DNA of 64,000 nt from an uncultured Candidatus Peribacteria bacterium. Lineage in GTDB: Bacteria; Patescibacteriota; Gracilibacteria; RBG-16-42-10. Where the stretch lies: assembly GCA_964514565.1 (NCBI GenBank), contig CAZERA010000001.1, positions 310,001-374,000 on the forward strand, given 5' to 3'. A program made the position numbers and the translations under genes. Every line of letters starts with the position of its first letter. The first letter of the stretch is position 1. Positions 56,355-64,000 of this stretch are shown one piece after another. The notes under the pieces are model-generated. The model was not told the DNA's origin. It saw only the letters and a list, made by a program, of their open reading frames with translations, and ran no database searches.

Positions 56355-56942
56355 ATGCCACTCAAAAAGAAAAAGGCTCTTCACTCAGAGCAACGACTTT
56401 ACGAAGTCATCGCTCTTTTCCCAGGTGATGTGCTTGATAAGGAAGGGGAAAAATTTCCTGAGATTCTCCAAAAGAATCTTGAAGCAGTTGGTGCTGAAGT
56501 GAAACGTATGGAAAACTGGGGAAAACGCCCACTTACTTACGATATAGCTGGTCATGACCATGCTTTCTTTGTGTTTGCTCACTTTGTTTTGGATTCAGAA
56601 CAAGTGATTGCTTTGACCAAAGATTTGCGTCTTGAACCAAAAGTTTTACGTTCTTTGATTACTTCTGTACCAGAAGAATATCTATTACCTGAGACTGCAC
56701 CTTTGGCTAAAGAGTTTTTAGGTTGGGTTCGTGAGCCAATTCATCCAGAAGATGCTGAGCTCATGAAAGAGAATTTTGACAAACGTGCTCACCGCCGTCG
56801 TTCTGGTTCAAATATGGACATCAAAAAGCCTGAGGGTGCTCCTGCAGCAGATGCAGCAGCCGCTCCAGCTAGTACTGCAGCTAAGAAGCCAGGTGCTCCG
56901 ATGTCTAGTATCAATCAGAAGTTGGATCAGATGCTCAAATAA
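56355..56942 (+). CDS. rpsF: 30S ribosomal protein S6 with a long C-terminal extension
   Basis: YEVIALF, ENWGKR-x-L-x-Y-x-I, VLR-x-LI; rpsF-ssb-rpsR synteny; ATG 56355. Confidence 0.9.
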   Translation: MPLKKKKALHSEQRLYEVIALFPGDVLDKEGEKFPEILQKNLEAVGAEVKRMENWGKRPLTYDIAGHDHAFFVFAHFVLDSEQVIALTKDLRLEPKVLRSLITSVPEEYLLPETAPLAKEFLGWVREPIHPEDAELMKENFDKRAHRRRSGSNMDIKKPEGAPAADAAAAPASTAAKKPGAPMSSINQKLDQMLK

Positions 56943-56969
56943 CCCAGCTAAACTTTTACTTTATTACCT

Positions 56970-57443
56970 ATGAGAAGCGTTAATATTGTCATTTTAATGG
57001 GGCATCTCACTCGCGATCCTGAACTACGTCAAACAGCCAATGGTCAGCCTGTAGCTACTTTTTCAATCGCTACCAATCGTGTCTGGACCACTTCTGCTGG
57101 TCAACGCCAAGAATCTACTGATTTTCATGATTTAGTGGCTTGGGGCCGTCTCGCAGAAATCTGTTCTCAGCAGTTAACCAAAGGATGTGCCATCCACGTA
57201 GTCGGTCGTCTCCATCAGAGAAGCTGGACTACTCCTGAAGGTATCAAAAAACACAAAACTGAGATCGTTATCAACGAGCTCAATATCGTTTTCCGCAAAA
57301 ACGGCATTCCTGGAAGTGAAGGTGGTATGGAAACTCTTTCAATCTCTAGTGATCAACATGACAATCAAGACGATCTCTATGCTGGTGCCGATATGGATTT
57401 AGATTCTGTCGGTTTGCCTGGTGATGATGATCAAAAAGTATAA
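56970..57443 (+). CDS. ssb: Single-stranded DNA-binding protein
   Basis: N-x-VIL-x-G-x-LTRDPELR-x-T, FSIATNR, V-x-WG-x-LAE, GRL-x-x-RSW. Confidence 0.95.
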   Translation: MRSVNIVILMGHLTRDPELRQTANGQPVATFSIATNRVWTTSAGQRQESTDFHDLVAWGRLAEICSQQLTKGCAIHVVGRLHQRSWTTPEGIKKHKTEIVINELNIVFRKNGIPGSEGGMETLSISSDQHDNQDDLYAGADMDLDSVGLPGDDDQKV

Positions 57444-57462
57444 ATTATAACTGTTAAACTGT

Positions 57463-57744
57463 ATGGCCAATAAAAATCCTCCTCCACGTATCAAGAATGA
57501 AAAGTTAAAGCGTTGTTACTTCACTGCTCAACACGCTACGTATATTGATTACAAAAATCTACGTATTATCAGCCGTTATATCACTTCTTTCGCACGTATT
57601 ATGCCAAGACGTTATAGCGGTATCCAGGTTAAATACCAACGTATGCTTTCACAAGCTGTGAAACGCGCTCGTTTCTTGGGATTGTTGCCTTACACAATGC
57701 AACATCGTCAGTATCCTAAGTACGCTGAACCAGCTGCTGAGTAA
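57463..57744 (+). CDS. rpsR: 30S ribosomal protein S18
   Basis: IDYKN, I-x-PRR-x-SG, QR-x-L-x-x-AVKRAR-x-LGLLPY. Confidence 0.95.
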   Translation: MANKNPPPRIKNEKLKRCYFTAQHATYIDYKNLRIISRYITSFARIMPRRYSGIQVKYQRMLSQAVKRARFLGLLPYTMQHRQYPKYAEPAAE

Positions 57745-57749
57745 TCTGT

Positions 57750-58400
57750 ATGAGGTTTCATATCCTCACGCTCTTTCCCGAGATGTTTGTCGGAGTATTA
57801 TCGACAAGCATCTTGAAGCGTATTCAGGATAAAAAGTTAGTTGAGGTCTTATTCTACAATCTACGTGAGTACGGTAAGGGCAAATATCATCAAGTAGATG
57901 ATGTCCCCTACGGTGGAGGCGCTGGCATGGTAATGATGCCCGAGCCTCTTAGTGCTGCCATCAAAGCGGCCAAAGCGCAAACTAAAGGTAAATCAATCGT
58001 TGTGTACTTAACTGCAGGTGGTAAGAGACTAAAGCAAACGCAAGTAGAACGGTTTACTAAGTATGACGATATAATTTTACTTTGTGGCCACTATGAAGGG
58101 ATCGATCAACGCATTATTGATCGCTATATCGACTTAGAGCTTAGTATCGGGGATTATGTCCTGACAGGTGGTGAACTTGGCGCTCTGGTTGTTGTGGATG
58201 CTGTCAGCCGTTTAATTCCAGGTGCCTTGGGCTCTGATGCTTCCGTGCATGAAGAATCTTTCAGTAAAGAACTGGGCCGTAAGCGCGAATACCCACATTA
58301 CACTAGGCCTGAAGTATTCGAAGGGATGCCAGTACCTCCAGTACTTTTGTCAGGACACCATGCTAAAATTAAAGAATGGCGAAGAAGTTTGTTGAAATAA
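57750..58400 (+). CDS. trmD: tRNA (guanine-N1)-methyltransferase
   Basis: LTLFPE, VDD-x-PYGGG-x-GM, CGHYEGIDQR, SIGDYVLTGGE, YP-x-YTRP, LLSG-x-H. Confidence 0.97.
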   Translation: MRFHILTLFPEMFVGVLSTSILKRIQDKKLVEVLFYNLREYGKGKYHQVDDVPYGGGAGMVMMPEPLSAAIKAAKAQTKGKSIVVYLTAGGKRLKQTQVERFTKYDDIILLCGHYEGIDQRIIDRYIDLELSIGDYVLTGGELGALVVVDAVSRLIPGALGSDASVHEESFSKELGRKREYPHYTRPEVFEGMPVPPVLLSGHHAKIKEWRRSLLK

Positions 58401-58510
58401 GGTTTAGCTTGCCCCCTTTTGAATAATAGATAGCCGTTATACTAATGCTACGGAAGCTTCCGCTTGGCCGCATGAATTTGCAATTTAATTAGCGATCCGC
58501 TACATTGCTT

Positions 58511-58530
58511 TGTATTAGTGTAGTAATACA
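58511..58530. promoter_or_regulatory. Palindromic operator directly before the TrpR/YerC start codon
   Basis: TGTATTA-GTGTAG-TAATACA abutting ATG 58531. Confidence 0.6.
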
Positions 58531-58824
58531 ATGATCGCGAGCTCACAAAAAAAATTAATGCAGGCTTTGACGCTTCTCCAAAATGAAAAAGAAGCAGCCG
58601 CTTTTTGTCGAGATTTGCTAACCATGGATGAAATCACAGAGTTGAGCTTGAGATTGGAGATCGCCACTATGCTCAATCAAGGTAAGACGCAACGCGTGGT
58701 AGCAAAGCTAACTGGTACCAGTATCACTACTGTTACTCGAGTAAATCAATGGTTAAAGCGAGGAAAGGGCGGATATAAACTGGTGCTTGAACGTCTCTAT
58801 AACCATCGTCATCAACAGCATTGA
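58531..58824 (+). CDS. TrpR-like repressor (YerC/YecD family)
   Basis: F-x-RDLLT-x-x-EI-x-x-L-x-x-R-x-x-IA-x-ML, HTH TGTSITTVTRV, G-x-GGY. Confidence 0.9.
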   Translation: MIASSQKKLMQALTLLQNEKEAAAFCRDLLTMDEITELSLRLEIATMLNQGKTQRVVAKLTGTSITTVTRVNQWLKRGKGGYKLVLERLYNHRHQQH

Positions 58825-58847
58825 AAGGCCTCTTTTTGCTGTTTCCT

Positions 58848-58880
58848 AAAGCTGCCTTTCTCTCTGGAGGGCGGCTTTTT
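58848..58880 (+). terminator. Rho-independent terminator (possibly an attenuator)
   Basis: aaagctgcctttc-tctct-ggagggcggcttttt. Confidence 0.8.
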
Positions 58881-58896
58881 ATTTACTCTTACTTTT

Positions 58897-59583
58897 ATGA
58901 AAAAAACTATTATTGATCAACAACCCCTACAGATTTTAGCTCCCGAAACAGATGATGAGCTTTCTGTATGGATACCAAGAATTGTGCCAGTATATAAGCA
59001 GGTATTTGGAGATGAGATTTGGAAGGAAGGTTGGAAATGCACCCGCTGCAAAAGCAAGTATGCTTTAAGTGATCCAAATTGTGCTGATGGTACCTGCTGT
59101 GCCCAGAAGCTTGCTGAATTTTATAGTGATGAAGAGGTTGCTGTAATGTTGAGAGATTTGTTAGTGAAGCGGTATCAGCTCCGAATGGTAGTGGATCAAG
59201 CTGAGCAAGTCGTGGGATTTCAGTGGGGATGGAAAGAAACGCTAACGGGGATGAATACAAAGCTAGAACTATGGCCTGAAGTGCTCGATTTCTTGCGGGA
59301 AGAGTTGAAGCGTAAAGGGCTTTATGATGAACAGATGTATTACTGGTCAGAAAGTGGTGTCTTACCCAGTTTTAGACGTCGTAATTTAGCTAAGTTGATG
59401 TATGAAGACGTCCGTAAGTCTCTGGTGGTCAATACTCGTTACAAATTACTACGCACTTCGCCCCAGTCGCCTCAGTATCAGTTGTCTCGCAAGCAGGGAG
59501 ATGTGGTGGTCTTCAATTATACCGACAACACTCGCGACTGCCGAATTATGGATGACCGTGTGCTGTTAGCTGGGAAACTTTAA
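58897..59583 (+). CDS. GNAT-family acetyltransferase with a Cys-rich insert
   Basis: VYKQVF..W-x-E..CTRC..CC; VVGFQWG; YWSESGVLPSFRRRNLA acetyl-CoA motif. Confidence 0.75.
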   Translation: MKKTIIDQQPLQILAPETDDELSVWIPRIVPVYKQVFGDEIWKEGWKCTRCKSKYALSDPNCADGTCCAQKLAEFYSDEEVAVMLRDLLVKRYQLRMVVDQAEQVVGFQWGWKETLTGMNTKLELWPEVLDFLREELKRKGLYDEQMYYWSESGVLPSFRRRNLAKLMYEDVRKSLVVNTRYKLLRTSPQSPQYQLSRKQGDVVVFNYTDNTRDCRIMDDRVLLAGKL

Positions 59584-59601
59584 ACTGATTAATCAAACTT
59601 T

Positions 59602-60417
59602 ATGCAATCACCAATTATTCTCCAATCAGATGTTCCTGGACCTACTGTTGTGATTTTGGGAGGAGTGCATGGCAATGAAACTTGTGGAGTAGAAGCCCTA
59701 CCTGTACTCAGTAAAGTATCACTCCAAAAAGGTAAGTTGATTTTGTTGTATGGCAATCCTTTAGCGGTTGAACAAAATGTACGGTTTGTAGACTACAACT
59801 TAAATCGATTATTTTGTGTGGATGATGATGTCCCTAATGAAGCGAAACAGAGCTATGAATATCAGAGATCACGTGAAGTATTGTCGTATTTAGACCAAGC
59901 AGACTACTGTTTAGACTTACATGCCAGTTTCACTCCAGCTAGTGAGCCATTTATTATTTGTGAAAGGAATGCCCAAGATTTTATCAAGTACTTACCTCAA
60001 CATCGAGTTTGCTATGGCTTCACTAGATTGGAACCAGGTGGGAGCGATGGGTATATGAATAGTATGGGAAAGGTAGGAGTATGTGTAGAATGTGGCTATC
60101 TTCAAGATCCCGCCAGTGCTTTGGCTGCGGTCAATTCTGGGCGGTCATTTCTCCAAAGTTTGGGGATGGTAGAGTGTGATGATCTTAGAGTGAACCTGGC
60201 TCAGCAATACGTAGAAGCTTATGAGCTTTATTATACCAAAACTGCTTGTTTTAAACTGATCAGATCCTATCAGGACTTTGAAGTGCTAAAAGCCGGTGAG
60301 GTTATTGGATTAGATGGTCCTGAAGCAGTCATCTCCTCAGTTGAACAAATGATTCTCTTTGCTAGAGATAGATCCGCGGTGGGGTCAGAAGCGTTTCTAT
60401 TAGTTAAAAAATTATAG
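59602..60417 (+). CDS. Succinylglutamate desuccinylase/aspartoacylase (M14-like) family protein
   Basis: GGVHGNE, NP-x-A..RF..NLNR-x-F, LDLH, VECG. Confidence 0.9.
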   Translation: MQSPIILQSDVPGPTVVILGGVHGNETCGVEALPVLSKVSLQKGKLILLYGNPLAVEQNVRFVDYNLNRLFCVDDDVPNEAKQSYEYQRSREVLSYLDQADYCLDLHASFTPASEPFIICERNAQDFIKYLPQHRVCYGFTRLEPGGSDGYMNSMGKVGVCVECGYLQDPASALAAVNSGRSFLQSLGMVECDDLRVNLAQQYVEAYELYYTKTACFKLIRSYQDFEVLKAGEVIGLDGPEAVISSVEQMILFARDRSAVGSEAFLLVKKL

Positions 60418-60722
60418 TAACTATTTATCTATGAATAAACTTATTTCTGGTGGTGCTTGGCCGGATGGGGAAACCTTACCAATACAGGCTATTTTAACTG
60501 AACAGCCTAAAAGTGGGACTGTAGTAATAGTAGTTAGGTTAGTCTTACATAGTAAGCTGAGAGGCTATTGCTGCTGATTCGTATCGTGGAGGATGGGGTT
60601 GGCACGGGGATGGTGGAGGGTGTTGAAGAGAACTTACCTATTTAACGGCATCTGTATAGCGAAGGTAGTTTCGGTAAGGAGTAAAAATGTGGTACAATTA
60701 AGTAGATATTGATTACTTCTCC

Positions 60723-62009
60723 ATGCGTATCGGTATAGATGCCCGTTTATATTCCCCCCGTTTCGGTGGTATTGGACGTTATACACAAGAGCTTATTGAC
60801 CACTTGTCTCGTATCGATCAGGAGAATGAATACTTGTTGTTCTTCAATGAAGAGGACTATTCACAGTACCTTGCTCCAAATGCTCGCTTTGGTAAAAGAA
60901 GGGTGACTGCCAAGAAAGATACATTGCAAGAACAAACTGCTTTTGTGAAAGATTTGCATCGTGAGCAGCTCGATGTGATGCATTTTACCAACCTTGATGT
61001 GCCTGTGCTCTACAAAAAGCCGATGATTGTGACTATTCACAGTTTGGCTAGCATAAAGTTTCCAGAAAGCAACAAACAAGGTTTCTTTCAGAAGATTCAA
61101 AATAGCATGATGATGAACAATATCATGGCTAATGCTCGTCGTTTTATTACTGTGTCACAAACTGTCAAAGAAGAAGCAATCAAATTGATTGGTGCTCCTG
61201 TTGATCGCATTCGTATTATCAACAAAGGTGTCAGTGATACATTCTTGAGCGCTGTATATGACAAAAAGTTGTTGGCAGCTTTGAAAATTCGTCTAAATAT
61301 TGAAAAACCTTATATTTTGACAGTTGGTTTTTGGCGTTCATATAGCAATATTATCAATTTGATTCGGGCCTACAATTTGTTTCGTAACCGCTACAATACT
61401 GAAAATCAACTAGTAATTGTTGGTAGACCTGATGGCCAAGAAGAGGCTATTCGACAGGTGATTACTGAGCTTGGTCTTGGTAGTCATGTTATTTTGGTCG
61501 GATATGTCGACGAACGCGATTTACCATTGCTTTATCATGGTGCGCAACTCTATATCAATCCTGCTTTAGACAATGGCTTTGGTTCTACTATTTTGGAAGC
61601 GATGGCTTCAGGTGTGCCAGTGATCACTTCCAATGCTGGATCAGTGGCTGAAATTTGTGGCAGTGACAATGCTGTTTACTTTGATGCCCAAGATATTACA
61701 AATATGGCGGAAGCAATGCACCATGTATTTGATGATGAGAAGTTGAGTGCTGATTTAGCTGCAAGAGGCAAGGCTCAAGCACAAGCCTATACCTGGGCAG
61801 AAACAGCTGAAAAGACCGTGCAAGTCTACCGTGAAGTAGCGCAAGAGAGTCCTGTAAGCCAAACGAATAGTGGTATTGTTTCCAATCTCACTAGTTCAGT
61901 CTCAGGTATGGCCTCATCTACTTTAGGCTCAGTGACTGAAAAAGCTAATGCTCTGCAAGCCAAAGGCAAAGAAGCATTGAGCAAGGTGACTGATAGAGCT
62001 AGCAAATAA
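60723..62009 (+). CDS. GT4 glycosyltransferase with a C-terminal low-complexity tail
   Basis: MRIGIDAR..GIGRY, VTIH, TVS, GFG-x-x-ILEAMASGVPVITSN. Confidence 0.9.
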   Translation: MRIGIDARLYSPRFGGIGRYTQELIDHLSRIDQENEYLLFFNEEDYSQYLAPNARFGKRRVTAKKDTLQEQTAFVKDLHREQLDVMHFTNLDVPVLYKKPMIVTIHSLASIKFPESNKQGFFQKIQNSMMMNNIMANARRFITVSQTVKEEAIKLIGAPVDRIRIINKGVSDTFLSAVYDKKLLAALKIRLNIEKPYILTVGFWRSYSNIINLIRAYNLFRNRYNTENQLVIVGRPDGQEEAIRQVITELGLGSHVILVGYVDERDLPLLYHGAQLYINPALDNGFGSTILEAMASGVPVITSNAGSVAEICGSDNAVYFDAQDITNMAEAMHHVFDDEKLSADLAARGKAQAQAYTWAETAEKTVQVYREVAQESPVSQTNSGIVSNLTSSVSGMASSTLGSVTEKANALQAKGKEALSKVTDRASK

Positions 62010-62010
62010 T

Positions 62011-62316
62011 ATGCATGGCTTAGGTTCTCTTTTTCCCAAAGAATTAGCCAGACGAGGTCTGACTAAGGTAGTTTTGGCTGCACAAGTGGTCGATTTTTGG
62101 CCCAAAGCCTTGGAACAGATTTATCCCAAGGCCATACCTTATACACAGGCACTGACATTCAAAGATCAAATCCTGACAGTAAAATGTACACATAGCGCAG
62201 TGTCCTCTGAACTACAGATTTATAAAGAAGCGCTGCTTAAAGCTTACCAAACAACTTTTCCAAGGACGACGATCCAGTTTCGTTTTCAGACTGGGGCGAA
62301 GGTAAACCGAGAATAG
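62011..62316 (+). CDS. DUF721 / DciA-like protein
   Basis: W..L-x-V-x-C-x-x-SAVS-x-EL-x-x-x-K-x-x-LL pattern. Confidence 0.7.
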   Translation: MHGLGSLFPKELARRGLTKVVLAAQVVDFWPKALEQIYPKAIPYTQALTFKDQILTVKCTHSAVSSELQIYKEALLKAYQTTFPRTTIQFRFQTGAKVNRE

Positions 62317-63298
62317 CAAAGGTTTTATTGGTAGCTTTGCGTCCTTGTGGTGTTCTTTCGATTAAACCTTCTTGTACCAAGTATGGCTCATAGACATTGA
62401 GCAAGGTTTCTTCGGTTTCATTACAAGCAGAGGCTAGTGTTTTCACTCCTATCGCTCTACCTTGAAACTTTTCTGCCAACACTCGCAGGAGCATCATGTC
62501 ATTGTTGTCCAAGCCATGTTCATTGATGCCTAGTTTTGCTAAGCAATCTACAACAAATATTTCATCAATATGGCCAATGTCCGCAATATTAGCAAAATCA
62601 CGAATGCGTTTGAGTAGGCGATTGGCGATACGTGGGGTACCGCGGGACCGATGAGCAATCATTTCTGCTGTACGTTGGTCAATCGTGAGATCTAGCAGTT
62701 TTGCTGTACGCACAATAATCTGACCGAGTTCGCTAACTGTATAAAATTGTAATCGAAGCGTCTCCCCAAAACGGTGACGCAGTGGAGCTGAAAGATCGCC
62801 ACTTCTGGTAGTAGCACCAATCAAAGTAAATGGTGGCAATGGTAGCGATATAGCTTCGCTAGTATGGCCTTTGCCCACCGTAATATCTAATCTAAAGTCT
62901 TCCATCGCGGTATAGAGCATTTCTTCCAAGGGCAGCTTTAAACGATGTATCTCATCGATAAAGATCACAGTGTGTGGCTTGGTGGTACTGAGTAAGCTGA
63001 TAATATCCGCTGGTCTTTGTAAAGCTGTACCAGCACTAATGGTTAAATTAGCTTCCATCTCATTGGCAATCACCGTCGCGAGAGTGGTTTTCCCTAGTCC
63101 TGGCGGTCCAACCAATAACATATGATCCAATGCATCATGACGTTTTCGTGCTGCTTGAATGAATACATTCAAGTTATTCTTGATGTCAGTTTGGCCAATA
63201 TACTCACTCAGTTTCTTGGGTCTGAGACTAATCTCCCAAGTTTCGTCAGGAGCTGTAACTGTGGTTTGAATTGGTTTAACGTTGGTGGGTTTGCGCAT
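62237..63298 (-). CDS. ruvB: Holliday junction helicase RuvB
   Basis: LRP-x-x-L-x-EYIGQ, GPPGLGKTT, FIDEIHR, AMEDF, GATTR, RGTPRIANRLL, EPYL, RTP-x-GR. Confidence 0.97.
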   Translation of the reverse strand: MRKPTNVKPIQTTVTAPDETWEISLRPKKLSEYIGQTDIKNNLNVFIQAARKRHDALDHMLLVGPPGLGKTTLATVIANEMEANLTISAGTALQRPADIISLLSTTKPHTVIFIDEIHRLKLPLEEMLYTAMEDFRLDITVGKGHTSEAISLPLPPFTLIGATTRSGDLSAPLRHRFGETLRLQFYTVSELGQIIVRTAKLLDLTIDQRTAEMIAHRSRGTPRIANRLLKRIRDFANIADIGHIDEIFVVDCLAKLGINEHGLDNNDMMLLRVLAEKFQGRAIGVKTLASACNETEETLLNVYEPYLVQEGLIERTPQGRKATNKTFAILGLPSPQSENETGSSSLEKLFGKL

Positions 63299-63836
63299 AT
63301 TTTTGAATAGCTAAAGTCACCGCTTGGCCGGAAGAAATATCTTCAGGGAGGTCTAGGAGTAGTTCCTGAACGACACTTGGATCATAGCCCAGATTGACTA
63401 AGGTTTCAGTGGCAGTTTGATGTGCCCGTGGTTTTTCTAGGGTGGGTAAATGAGGGTTTTCGGTTAGTTCGATCAAGATCTTGAGGGCGGTTTTCTTACC
63501 AATGCCTGATATCCCTTCAAAAAAGACTTTGTCACTTCTCAAGATAGCTTGATGTAGTGGCTCGATTCCCTTACTCAGAATATTGAGAGCAGTCTTGGGA
63601 CCAATGCCTGAAATATTAATTAATAACTTGAACCATTTCTTTTCACTCATGGTAACAAAACCAAACAGTAAGTATTGTTCAGTAGTGAGATGCGGATGAA
63701 TAAATAAAGTGATCTGTTGATCCAATAAATAGGTATAGTGATGTGGCACTAACACTTCATAACCAATATTATTGGTCGTGATCAGCAAGGTATTTTCTTG
63801 GCTGGAGAGAATAGTGCCGGAAAGGTAATGAATCAT
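63276..63836 (-). CDS. ruvA: Holliday junction DNA-binding protein RuvA
   Basis: MI-x-YL-x-G, IGYEV, LFGF, ISGIGPK-x-AL, GIGKKTA-x-KI-x-x-EL, L-x-x-LGY. Confidence 0.95.
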   Translation of the reverse strand: MIHYLSGTILSSQENTLLITTNNIGYEVLVPHHYTYLLDQQITLFIHPHLTTEQYLLFGFVTMSEKKWFKLLINISGIGPKTALNILSKGIEPLHQAILRSDKVFFEGISGIGKKTALKILIELTENPHLPTLEKPRAHQTATETLVNLGYDPSVVQELLLDLPEDISSGQAVTLAIQKYAQTHQR

Positions 63837-63922
63837 AGTGGCAAGGGTTGTAAGATTAAACTTGCTTGCGATAATCGCGTAAATATTGTAATTCTAGCTG
63901 CGTTAAACTTATGTCATCATTT

Positions 63923-64000
63923 ATGAATGTAGCTCAATTTTTTTCTTTAGCATACTGGTTTGAGGTCAACCCAATCGGGGATTTCATGTATCTACGTCTG
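63923..64000 (+). CDS. Start of an ORF running off the window
   Basis: ATG AAT GTA GCT..(MNVAQFFSLAYWFEVNPIGDFMYLRL), open to the edge and divergent from ruvA. Confidence 0.5.
   Translation, partial: MNVAQFFSLAYWFEVNPIGDFMYLRL

Noticed and set aside
60431..60650. 48-aa ORF MNKLISGGAWPDG.. and a G-rich tract
   Set aside because: Too short and unrecognisable; may be a decayed gene but cannot be supported
643..63310. Numerous short antisense or alternative-frame ORFs in the track
   Set aside because: They overlap well-supported genes and show no independent coding signal
1..64000. CRISPR array, DGR/retron, integrase, transposase, rRNA
   Set aside because: No regularly spaced repeats and no RT, recombinase or transposase motifs, or rRNA-like sequence seen
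1..64000. Genetic code 25 (UGA=Gly) as in Gracilibacteria
   Set aside because: Conserved genes are full-length under code 11 and several end at TGA

Overview
64-kb chromosomal segment of a small-genome bacterium that looks like Patescibacteria/CPR (inference from genetic code 11, AT-rich starts with almost no Shine-Dalgarno sites, short ThrRS, sortase, SLH/PEGA/VanW surface proteins and a stand-alone 5'-3' exonuclease). Housekeeping blocks (rnj, rpiB-rpe-thrS, topA, tRNA-His, hisS-aspS, queG, bcp; tRNA-Leu, ctpA, ymdB, lgt-like, rpsF-ssb-rpsR-trmD, ruvAB) flank an accessory region at about 31.9-52.1 kb. Main unexplained items: (1) a ~680-nt hairpin-chain non-coding RNA bounded by a promoter and a terminator (23659-24341, minus strand); (2) a tightly coupled four-gene pyrimidine-modification-like operon: ParB/Srx-like protein, tandem cytidine deaminase, MtrA-like/2xDUF4346/2x thymidylate-synthase-like fusion, HAD phosphatase (34553-39386); (3) an NlpC/P60, divergent Mur ligase, LysW-like carrier, PLP enzyme and ATP-grasp cluster (26648-31761); (4) a TrpR/YerC gene whose His-rich tail sits in an attenuator-like structure. 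No CRISPR array, rRNA, integrase, transposase or reverse transcriptase was seen. All family calls come from reading motifs by eye; no database was searched.
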